Assembly: GCF_036321535.1 (NCBI RefSeq)
Contig: NC_087445.1
Span: 78,058,001-78,122,000, forward strand
DNA: 64,000 bases
Direction of reading: 5' to 3'
Source of the DNA: Camelus dromedarius
Lineage: Eukaryota
The notes under the pieces were generated by a model. It saw only the letters and a list, made by a program, of their open reading frames with translations, ran no database searches and was not told the DNA's origin. Position 1 is the first letter of the stretch. Every line of letters begins with the position of its first letter. The translations under genes and the position numbers were made by a program. Shown piece by piece: positions 1-11,602 of the stretch.

Positions 1-51
1 CAGCCCCACCCTCCGTCCTGCCATGCCGCACCCACCCCAGGCCGTGACCGA

Positions 52-245
52 CTGCTGTGGGCTGTGAGTTTGTGTCCCCCAAATTCACATGCTGAAGCCC
101 CAGTGGCGGAGCGAGAGGAGGCCTTGGGAGGTGAGGGGGGTCAGCTGAGGTCACGAGCACAGGGTCCGCGTGGTGGGACTGGTGCCCTGAGGAGATGAGG
201 CCAGAGCTCCCCCTGCCCGCGTGTGAGGACATGGCAGAGGCCTCC
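52..245 (+). mobile_element. MLT1 (ERVL-MaLR) LTR fragment
   Basis: Motifs 'tttgtgtcccccaaattcacatgctgaagccc', 'ggccttgggaggtga' and 'tgtgaggacatggcagaggcc' resemble the 5' half of the MLT1 consensus as I recall it. Boundaries are approximate. Confidence 0.7.
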
Positions 246-314
246 CTCTCTCCAGGGCCCTCACCCCCCGTCTGCGCAGGGCCCCGGCCTCTGGGGCCCT
301 GGTGCTGGACTCAC

Positions 315-2033
<1,719 letters not shown>

Positions 2034-3030
2034 CGTCGCCCCCTCCCTCAGCCACCCGCCTGGATGTCCAGGGGCAGCCAGGCAACCTGCGGCCTCACAC
2101 CAGCCTAGTGGGCCAACCCGGGGCGGGGAAGGGGGAGGGCCCTCGGAGCCGCACAGCAGCCAGTGGGCGCTGCCGGCCTGGGACGGCCGAAGGTGGAGGC
2201 TATGATGTTCCCGGGTCACCCCCCTGGGCCTCGGGTCACCGCGTGTCCCCTGAGCTAATGCACCAGGCTGGGAGGCTCCTGGGCACCTCCACCCCGGGGG
2301 CTCCCTTCACGGGAAGATGCGCTCACAGAAAGCACGGCCTCTGTGAAGTCGGGGCTCAGCCGCTGCTGGAGCTGACACCAGGGCTGCCTTCCCGATGCCC
2401 TTGGCAGGTACTGACGTGCCTGTGTGCACGTGTGCGTGCGTGTGAGGCACCCAGTGCGCACCCCGCCTCACCACAAGCGACGGCAGCCCCCAGCTCCCAG
2501 CCTGCCTCCCCCGAAGGCCCGTGCTCCTGCCAGGACTTGAGGCACAGCCCCTCCAGAACACAGGAGGACAGACAGGCTCAGGCCCTGCCCCTGCCCCAGA
2601 GCCCCAGGCCAGGAAAAGCCAAGCCTCTACGCCCCGGGCACCCCAGCAAGCACCCCCTGGGCACCGATGCAAGTTTCCTCAGCCCAGCGCCCTGCCCACA
2701 CCTCAGCAGGACCACGGGCAGACCAGCCCCCCGTCTGCCCGGGGCCCATGGTCACCCCTGCAGAAGGAGCAGCCGCCTCCAGCCCAGCCCCCACCTCCAG
2801 ACCAGGGCCTGGGTCCAGGCCCTCCCAGCCCTGAGGGACTCGGCGGGGACGGCTGCAGGCCAGCGCTCTGGTCCCAGAGCCGCTCTGTGCCCTGCAGTTT
2901 GGCCCTGGAGAGCCCACCCCACCCTCCTCCTCTCCCTGCAGCGACCAGGGCCCCAAGAAGGCCACTCCACGACAGCTCTTCTGACGGCTGGGACACAGAC
3001 CAGAGGCATCAGCGTGGATTGTGGAACCAC

Positions 3031-3036
3031 TTTATT
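3031..3036 (-). terminator. LCN6 polyadenylation signal AATAAA
   Basis: tttatt on the + strand, about 130 nt past the LCN6 stop codon. Confidence 0.85.
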
Positions 3037-3164
3037 TGAATCGGCAGAGAGCGCCCCTGGGAGCAGCCAGCCCGACACCCTGCAACCGGGCAGCTGAGTG
3101 TGCAGAACAGGGTCTGGCCACCTCCACCGGACACGGCGGGCACCGTCCCCAGGGACAGTGGCAT

Positions 3165-6100
3165 TCACTGAAAACCGAGAAGAGCACAGGGGACCCGGGC
3201 TCGCCCTGAAAGCCATCAGCTTCCCCGGCCCCCAGCCTGCACGGCAGCAGGGCCGCTGGAAAGAAGGGGCCCCGAGAGACCCAGGCCCCTCCCACCACCC
3301 AGGAGCCGGGGGTGCTCGGGAAGGCTGCTCACCTGGAAGGCCTTGTGTGCACAGGTGACTGCAGGGGAAGCGAGACGGCTGTGAGTACTGGGCGTCTCCC
3401 TGCCCAGCCGGGCGCCCAGGACAGCGAGCAGCCACTGACCACCCAGAGCCCCACCTGAGACGGGGGCCAGCCCCGCAAGCCCGACTTTGGGCAGGGAGGA
3501 GGTGACTCCTTGAAGACCCCTGCCTGGCTCCCTGAGGCCCGGAGGGTCCCCAGGTCCAGCAGAAGCTGGCGAGTGGCCCCATGCTCCGTCCCCCAGCACG
3601 AGGCGACACTCACGGTCCCTCTGCAGCGTGGCCTGCTGCTGAGACAAGAAGCCCAGGCCTTTGCTCCACTTGGTGAAGAGGCTCATGGCCTCCTGGCTGG
3701 CCAGCTCTGTCCGGCCTGCGGGGCAAGACGCCCTCCTGAGACCCAGGCCTGGGGCTGGGGAGGACGGGTCTGCAGCAGGACTCGGACGGACAGGGACCCT
3801 GCACTCCTCTGACCCCAAGGCCTCTGACCACGTGCAGCCCTCCCCCAGCCCTGGACCACGTCCCTCCCTCCACGCAGGGTCCTGAGCAGGGATGAGGCCA
3901 GTGGGAGTGAGGAGCAGAGCATGGCCACTGTCTCATGTCCCCCAGGGCGGGCAGGGGACCGGTGCAGCCAGCGGACAGTCAGAAGCCCCCAGCGAGGCTG
4001 CGGCTGGCGGGCAGACTGCCTGGGGCGTCCCAGCCCCACTCACTGTACAGCTCCACGGTGCCAAAGGCCTCGTCCGCCAGCTCCAGCTGTGTGAACACCA
4101 CGGCATAGTCTCTGAAGTTGGTGCCCAGAACCCGGTACTCCAGCACACCCAGGGCTAGGAAGGAGGTGCCCCGAGGGAGGGGCCTCAGACCCAGCGGGAG
4201 GCCCCTCCCAGTAGGCAAGGGCCCCAAACCCTGGCCCCCTGGTCCCTGGACCCCCCCAGGTGCCAGCACACAGAGCCTCACAGTGGTTGATGGATGGCGT
4301 TGATGGATGGCAGGTGAGTCCCAGCTCATGTCAGCTCACGCCCCCTCACCCTGTCCCCCTGGGGCCAGAGCACTACAGAGGGAAGCCTGGGGTCCCGGCT
4401 GAATGTGCCAGGTGCGGCTGTCCTCTGACCTCAGGGTTGGCACCAAACCTCTGACAAAACTAGGTCCTTCCGCTTCCCGGGGGAGAGCTGCACTGAAGCC
4501 GGGGACGGAGTCGCCCCGCCCCTTCCCGAGCCGCTGGCCCTGCCCGCAGAGGGCGGGGGTGCTGCCCGGACAGAGGGCCCGGAGCGGCTGGCGGCAGAAC
4601 CCCGGTCCCGAGGACGGCCGGGGAAACGCAGCCGTCCCTGCGCTGCCCAGAGGGGCCTCAGCGGCCGTCGGTCTTACAGGGGTTCCCGAACACCCATCCG
4701 GAATTTTGCTTCAGCAGTTCCACAGTGTGCAGGTGGCACCTCTCCAGCCTGGAACAGAAGGGGATCCTCCGTCCCCCAGCGTCTGGGCGCAGGACGAGAG
4801 GAGGCAGGTTCTGCCGCCCTGAACTGGCCGGCGGCCATCGTGTTCACAGAGGGGATTCGGCCTCTGTCTTGGTGGCCCCAGTTCCCGGAAGCCCTGCTCT
4901 CCACCAAAGCGACCCGTCAGGGAAGCGGGCCGGCCCAGGGCCGGCAAAGTGCAAAGTTGCTCCCTCGCCTCCCGAGAGCCCTGGTCCTCCAGCCCTGCGT
5001 GAAGACGACTCAGAAGCCCCCGAGCGTCAGACAAACAGGGGCATCTGCAGTTTTGGATAAAGGGATGCAGCAGCCAGTAGGGGCCCGTGGCCCTGAGCCG
5101 TCAGCCCTGAGAATGATCAGACCTGCTTTTGCCGGAGCAGCGGGAGCCGCTCACCACAGCGCTCCGGGGAAGACACAGGAATAACCAGGAAAGGCGTGAA
5201 TGCAAGGGCCGCCAGCAAGAGGCAGCTGTAACCCAGCAAAGCGCACCCCGGAGCTGTGAGACCCGGAACCGGCGAACAGAGAGACAGATGGAAGGGACGG
5301 GACGGACGGTCCAGAGATACAGCCAAGCACAGAGGAGGCTGGTGCGTGAGGAAGAGAGCGTCTCAGGTGAGTGGAGCAGACGCGGGCTGCAGGGTGCGGG
5401 GTGCCGGGCAGCTGGGCTGTCCTCTCGGGAAAAGCGGTCACGCCCCACGTCTCCCCAGGGCACAGCCGGTGCACCAGGGAGGTGCGTGGCCTCTTGGCAC
5501 AAGAGGCGGAAAGGCTGCCTTACTCACCACGCACAAAACCCAGAAGCCCTAAAAAAGCAAGCCTGGTTTACCTCCACACAAAGATAAAAAAAACCGTTCC
5601 CATCCAAAACTCCTTGATGGTCTGAGAAAAACAACAAACGGGGAAATCTATCTGCAACTACCTTTTACCGCAGGCAGTGGCCAAAATCCCTAACACTTAA
5701 GGGTTCTTACAAGTCAGTAAAAACCCACCCGAGGGAAAATATGCCAAAGGTATGAACAGACAGTGGGTTAAAGGAAACACAAAGGCTGAAAAGCAGGTTC
5801 CCCCAACCCCAAGTCCTCAAGGTTAGAGAAGGTGGTAAAAACGAACACAGCCAGGAACACAGGGACCAGGCGCCCCGGGCTGGCACCAGCTCAGGGGACC
5901 GGCCTCACACGACACGGAGCAAAGCTTCCAGGAGGACGGGCGCACTTTGACTCCCGAGGGTTCACCCTCTGAGGCCAGCTCACAGGACTCCCCAAAGTGC
6001 GTTTCCAGCTGCAGAAGCCTGGAGACCCCTGGCAGCCGCCCGCAGAGCACGGGACCGAGAACTACACAGCCGTAAAAAGGAACAGAGTTCCTCCCAAAAT

Positions 6101-7686
6101 GTCATAGTCACCACATGGCCCAGCAATCCCGCTCCTGGGTGTGTCCCCCAGAAACTGACAGCAGCGTCCCGAAGAGATGTGTGCTCACTGCAGCCCGAGC
6201 TGGAAGCAGCCCAGGTGCCCGAGCTGGAAGCAGCCCAGGTGCCCACCGACGGACGGCGGCATAAACAAGTGTGGCCCATCCGCACGCTGGAACGTTACTC
6301 ATTCTTAAAAGGGAGGAAATCCCAACACAGGCGGTAGCATGGTTGAAGGACACGAGGACATTATGTGAGTGAAACAGGCCAGTCACAAAAGGACAACTAT
6401 CGTGTGATTCCACTCACACGAGGTGCAGAGGAGTCAAACTGCAGAGAAAGAAAGTAGGTGGTGGGGCCGGGGCTGGGGGCGGGGCGGGGGCGGGGGGGAG
6501 TGTCTGATGGGGACAGAGGTTCCGTTTGGGAAGACGAGAAAGTTCTGGAGATGGATGGTGGGGGTGGTTGCTCAACAGCACGAATGTGCTGAGTGCCACT
6601 GAGCCGTGCACTTAGAAGTGGTTAAGGTGGCAGATCCTAATGTTTATTCTACCACAATTTCTAAACGTCAGCAAAGACAAAAGAGAATACAACGCTAAAA
6701 GGTTCAGAAGAGGGCAGGGACCCGGGGGCTGACAGGGAAGTGCTGGCCACGGCGTCAGACCACGCGTGTGCTCACGTGAGGCCACCCCACCCCCGCAGCA
6801 CAGCGCCCTCGCCGCCACCTGCCCGCTCCCGCCCGCCCCACTCCCTCCAGCCGGGCGCATGATCCGCTCCACGGGTCAGAGTCAACCGAGGCTCAGCCTG
6901 ATGCCACGAGCCCAACCAGACAAGCGGCCTCAGTGACCGCACCCTCGGGGGATCCCATTTCCCAGAGAACCAGTGGCTCTTGGGCACAGATGCACGGCCC
7001 ACTTTACCTGGGGTTCAGCAGGGCCTTGCACAAAGAAGAGACCCCTCCAACCAGCCGACCGGGGACCCGGAGCAGCAGGCAGGGCGGTCAGAGGCTGCGC
7101 CTGGCCCCAGGCGAGAAGGCCTGAGTCCCACCCGGGCGCCCAGGCCAGGAGTCCGGGGATGCAGGCCCAAGAGGCCAGGCAGAGGGTGGGGCTCAGAGCA
7201 GAGCTCAGCGTGGAGGGAGGGAAGGGCTGGGACGGGGGATCTGGAGGGTGCCTCCCCACCTGTGCCGGGAGGCCAGCATCTTCAGGTTGTTTTCAGGAGT
7301 GAGGGTCACCACGACCCCCTCAATGTTCTTCGTGGCCTTCTCCACCGCAAAGTCCCTTTCCCCCGAAGCCACGGCGACCACGTACCAGGACCCCAGAAGC
7401 TGATGGAGGAGGAGGGGGTAAGGCAGGCTGGTCCCTCCCACCCCTGGGCCATCCTCTGGGTCCGGGAGCCCGGGGCCCGGCAGCCCGTGTGGTCTGAGCT
7501 GGCACCACGGGGGCCCAGGAGCCATGTGGCCCCAAGGAGTCCAGGCCACTAAGACCAACATGGCCCCAGACGTGTGTGGCATGAGAGGACTGTTACCTGC
7601 TGAGGGTCCAGCCTCCCCAGCCACAATGCCTGGGCCCTGGGCACAGAGACTAGAGCCAGAAGGGCAGTCAGCAGCACGCCCGCCAT
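3165..7686 (-). CDS. LCN6: Epididymal lipocalin-6, 180 aa
   Basis: Exons 7686-7597 (MAGVLLTALLALVSVPRAQALWLGRLDPQQ), 7399-7260 (LLGSWYVVAVASGERDFAVEK...), 4748-4678 (LERCHLHTVELLKQNSGWVFGNP), 4154-4044 (LGVLEYRVLGTNFRDYAVVFTQLE...), 3715-3614 (RTELASQEAMSLFTKWSKGLGFLSQQQATLQRD), 3358-3333 (LTCAHKAFQ), then TGA at 3167-3165 as the first codon of exon 7. Exon sizes 90/140/71/111/102/26 are typical of lipocalins. Confidence 0.95.
5600..5860 (+). mobile_element. Degenerate L1 fragment in LCN6 intron 2
   Basis: A-rich, with L1 ORF2/3'-like motifs ('gggaaatctatctgcaac', 'tatgaacagacagtggg', 'caagtcctcaaggttagaga'). Confidence 0.5.
6193..6244. repeat. Perfect 24-bp tandem duplication
   Basis: gcccgagctggaagcagcccaggt at 6193-6216 and 6217-6240, followed by gccc. 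Confidence 0.95.
6250..6690 (+). mobile_element. L1M(B)-type 3' end fragment
   Basis: Contains 'ggacattatgtgagtgaaacaggccagtcacaaaaggacaactatcgtgtgattccact', 'gttctggagatggatggtggggg' and 'ttaaggtggcagatcctaatgtttattctaccacaat', which are typical of the L1M 3'UTR. Confidence 0.8.
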
Positions 7687-7764
7687 CCTCCCAGGGGTCC
7701 ACGCAGCAGCGCACACACCTGGGGCCCGGCCGGCTAAGAGGTCGCTCCAGCCCCTGGAAGCCTG

Positions 7765-7770
7765 TTTATA
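7765..7770 (-). promoter_or_regulatory. LCN6 TATA box (TATAAA)
   Basis: tttata on the + strand, about 80 nt upstream of the LCN6 ATG. Confidence 0.85.
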
Positions 7771-8135
7771 TGGCTCTGACGCCCTGCTGTGGGCGGCCAC
7801 CAACCACCGGGACGCCATCCTGGCCTCACTTCTCATAAGGTGGCGACATTACCTGAGGCGGGGCGGAGTTCACCCTCAGGTGCCAGAGAGTGGGGGGCGG
7901 GCCCTGGGGAGGGGGTGCCGAGCCCCTTCTACCTTCCTACTCCATGCCTTCCCTGATGCTCCACCCTTCCCTCCACCTGGAAGATTCCAGAACAAGCATC
8001 CTGCTCGGAGCCGCACCATCTCCTCTCCTCCCCTCCCCGGCGGGGAGCCAACACCCCCTCGCTCAGACTGGGGGTGCCAGAGACCCTGCTCCCCATGGGC
8101 GGCAGCCGGCCAAGGTCAAGTCTGAGGAGAGGCAG

Positions 8136-8150
8136 AGAACAAAGAGTTCT
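8136..8150. promoter_or_regulatory. Androgen/glucocorticoid response element candidate
   Basis: AGAACA-aag-AGTTCT is an 11/12 match to AGAACAnnnTGTTCT, about 370 bp upstream of the LCN6 TATA box. Confidence 0.65.
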
Positions 8151-8984
8151 TCCAGAAGCCACAGTTCTGCGTATCTTTTGTTTTAATCATTAAAAATACC
8201 AAAAGTGCCCCCCACAAATTTTCTGAGCACTCCCACCCCCTCCCACCCACTCTTCTGCTCGGCTGGCCGTGGCCTCCGGCCCCCACCGCAGCCGGCACCG
8301 GGCCCGGAATGCCCTGTTCTTTCCGCCCCTAGACCCGCTCACTCTCCGGGCAGCCTCACCCTGCTGCCCCCACCTCAGCTGGCAGGGCCCTGGCCACGTC
8401 CCCAGGGCCGCCTGGAGCGGAGGACAGAGGGCTGGGCAGGATCTGTCCGAGGCCCCGAAACCCAAAGGGAAGCAGCTGGCAGGGTCCTCCTGGGGGTGGG
8501 CGACCCTGCAAACCACACCTCCCAGCCCCCTCTGCTGGTCGGCCCCCCGGAGCTCTGGCAGGGCTTGGAAGGCGAGGAAAAGGGCAGACGCCGGTCCCGC
8601 CAGGCCTTGCTCCCCAGGAGGGGCCTCCGACAAGCCAGCACCCCGCCCTGCTGAGGAGGTGAGCCACGCGGGAAAGGTGACAAAGGTGGGCTCGCAGGCC
8701 ACAGACTTGCCGCGAAGCCTTCCGCTGCCTCGCGCCCGAGAGCCGCAGCCTGAGCTCGGGCTGGGACAGTCCCTGGTGCGAAGGGACAGTGAAAGGAAAG
8801 CATGGCCCAGAAGTCACATGAGCCTTTCCCACTGTTTTTGTGAGTTCAGTTTCCTGAGGAAGAACACTTGGGAGACAAAGACAAGGCGCGCGAGAAGCAG
8901 CAGAAAGGACGGATGCTGGAAGCGGACCCGCCGAGGCTTCCTGCGCTGCAGCCAGGCAGGCTGCCGGCCCGCGGGAATCGTGCA

Positions 8985-9292
8985 GCAAAAACCCACAGAC
9001 TGTGGCGTATACACAACGGACATTTACTTCTCACAGTCCTGGACGCTGGACGCGCAAGAGCAGGGAGCCAGCCTGGCCACGTGAGGTCTTCTGGGTCGAG
9101 ACTCCTTGCTGTGTCCTCGCGTGGGGGAGGGGGAGGGGGAGGGAGCTCCGGGGTTGCTTTTGTAAGGGGCCTCGGGACTGCATCTCCTGCCCGAGGCCCC
9201 ACCTCCCAACCCATCGCATCAGGGGTTGGGATGTCAGCTCCTGACGTTGGCGGGGGCGCGGGGGGGGGGGGGACACAGACGTTCAGACCACA
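8985..9292 (-). mobile_element. MLT1 LTR, reverse orientation
   Basis: 'cacagactgtggcgtatacacaacggacatttacttctcacagtcctggacgctgg' through 'gacacagacgttcagaccacag' matches the reverse complement of MLT1. Confidence 0.75.
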
Positions 9293-9405
9293 GGATAGAC
9301 TGAGCACAGCTAGGACCGCTCTGCTTAACCAGGTGAGACCCACGTCTGAAATTGTACTGTAGTTTTGTAACACTCTAAACTATAAAAACTATAAAAAGCA
9401 GCGTA

Positions 9406-9555
9406 GGGGAGGGTCTAGCTCAGTGGTGGAGTGCGTGCCTCGCCTGCCGAAGGTCCTGGGTTTAACCCCAGTACCTCTGTTTTAAAAAATAGACGAATAA
9501 ATGAAGCTAAAAGTACCCCCCCTTCATTAACAAACAAAAAAGGAAAAAATAAAGT
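9406..9555 (+). mobile_element. tRNA-derived SINE (camelid vic-1-like)
   Basis: Head ggggagggtctagctcagtggtggagtgcgtg...aaggtcctgggtttaaccccagtacctc (A and B boxes) followed by an A-rich tail. Confidence 0.85.
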
Positions 9556-9886
9556 TAAAAAGGAAACAAACAACAAGGTGGTGTAGATAAAGGACATCTG
9601 CGTGACCTAAGGTAGTGACCATTATTAAAGCAAATTCTCAGCACAATCTTCCAAAAAGGGAAAAAGCGACCACACAAACCATGAATAGAAACCTCACACT
9701 TTCTGTAAAAACACGAAAGGCCACCAGAGGTCGCTCTCAAGCCCCCGTCTCGAGACTCCACGGACAATTGCGAAGGGAGATGGAACCCGCAGGGGCGAGG
9801 GGAGGCAGGCGAGCCCCAAAGTCTGAGCTGAAACAGACCCCGGAGGAAATTTGCTCTGACCGCAGAACTGCCACAAGGACACGGAT

Positions 9887-10072
9887 GGACGGGGTGCGGC
9901 CGGCAGGATGGGGCGCTGGCGCAGGACGGGGCGCGGGCGGCAGGACGGGGCGCGGGCGGTAGGACGGGGCGCGGGCGGCAGGACGGGGCGCGGGCCGGCA
10001 GGAGGGGGCGCAGCCGGCCGGACGGGGCGCGGGCCGCAGGGGGCGCGGGCGGCAGGACGGGCGCGGGCGGCA
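9887..10072. repeat. CpG-rich 19-bp minisatellite (ggcaggacggggcgcgggc)n, about 9 imperfect copies
   Basis: Direct reading of positions 9887-10072. Confidence 0.9.
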
Positions 10073-10711
10073 GCCTGGGGGAGGCAGCACTTCCGGGAGA
10101 GGGGAGCCTTGGCAAGCGCCCGGGGGCCTTTCCAGCCTGCGGATAGGGAGTTTAAAACCGCCTATGAACGTGGGGTCCGTCAAGGCAGAGCGGAGCAAAC
10201 TTCACACACACACCAGCGGCTAAAACTGCCACCCACTGAAGGGCATTTTCTGCACTCCCTTTAGTGGATGCACAAGGACTGGGATCTTGTTAGGAGCCAG
10301 AAGTGCCCGCCCCGTCTGGGACACGAACACACTTAAGCAGTCTTACACTTGGCTGCTAGAAGAAGAAACCAAAACAAGAGTAAAAACAGGCCATCGGTGG
10401 GAAATCCCACCATGGGGAGGGCGGGGAGGCGTGGAAAACAAGAAAACTGAATTAAATAGGCTACAGGTTTGAAGGGCATTAAAAGAACGTCTTGAAAGTT
10501 TTTTTTTTAAGTAACTAAGCAGAAATGAGCAAAAAGAGGGAAAAATTGAATAAGAGCTGATTGGGCTCAGGAAACAAATTGAATTTTGGAATTCACTGAA
10601 AAAGAAAAATTCTTCCGAGTTTCCAGGCAAAATGATCAGGTTTCCAGACGCTCACTGCTAGATGTGAAGCAGATAAACAACGAGAGCCTCCAGAGAGCAC
10701 AGAGAACTACA

Positions 10712-10860
10712 CTCTATATCTCATAATAAACTGTAGTGAAAAAGAATATGGAAAAGTATGCATGTGTGTAACTGAATCACGTTGCTGTACACCAGAAATT
10801 AACACAACATTGTCAGTCAACTATACTTCAGTTTAAAAATTTACAAAAAGAAAAAAAAAT
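10712..10860 (+). mobile_element. L1 3' terminus with poly(A) tail
   Basis: 'gaaaaagaatat...tgtgtaactgaatcacgttgctgtacaccagaaattaacacaacattgtcagtcaactatacttcag' followed by an A tail. Confidence 0.85.
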
Positions 10861-11034
10861 CAAGTTTCTTTCAAGGGTGAGAGAAATTAACTGAGTCAAA
10901 CTTTCAAGAGCAAAATACGAGGCAAAGCCAGCAGAGATCGCTAATAGCAGCAGAAGTGCGCCCGCCGCTCTCAGCAAGGCCGGGCTAACGCCCCCTGCAG
11001 GCGAGGACGAAGAAGGCCTGAGAAACCAGAAGGC

Positions 11035-11185
11035 GGGGGAGGGTACAGCTCAGCGGCAGAGCCTGCGCTTAGCCTGCCCAAGGTCCTCGGTTCGATTCCC
11101 AGTACCTCCATAAAAAATAAAATAAAAATTAATTTTAAAATACATAAGAGAAACCTAATTACTCCCCCCACCAAAAAAGAAAAAA
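11035..11185 (+). mobile_element. tRNA-derived SINE (vic-1-like) with probable TSD
   Basis: gggggagggtacagctcagcggcagag...ggttcgattcccagtacctcc plus 'aacctaattactcccccc' and an A tail. Flanked by AAACCAGAAGGC (11023-11034) and AAACCACGAGGC (11186-11197). Confidence 0.9.
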
Positions 11186-11448
11186 AAACCACGAGGCAGA
11201 TCTTGAGGGTTTACATTTGATTGTACACCTTGACAGCAGGCAGTGACACGTGCACAAAATGGATTGGCCACAAAGAAGTGTCAGTAAACTCCATGAAGTA
11301 GAAGGTACAACAAACAGCCTCCTTTGACCCAAATACAGCAAAGTTCGGGGTTTTTTTTAATGTCTATTTTATTTTTTAAAAAATACTCTTGGATGAAAGG
11401 AAAAATACAAACTGAAATGACAGAATCCCTTTAAAATAAACACAGCAG

Positions 11449-11602
11449 AGGGGAGAGTGTATAGCTCAGGGGTAGAGTGGGTGCCCAAGGTCCTGGGTTC
11501 AATCCCTGGTACCTCCATCAAAATAAATAAGTAAATAAAAACCTAATTACCTCCCCCCAAAACAAAATTAAAAATAAATAAAAGAAAAGAAACATAATAA
11601 AA
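11449..11602 (+). mobile_element. tRNA-derived SINE (vic-1-like)
   Basis: ggggagagtgtatagctcaggggtagagtg...gggttcaatccctggtacctcc plus 'aacctaattacctcccccc' and an A tail. Confidence 0.9.

Noticed and set aside
9406-11520. tRNA-like sequences with A and B boxes
   Set aside because: They are SINE heads followed by A-rich tails and a TSD, and they do not form complete cloverleafs.
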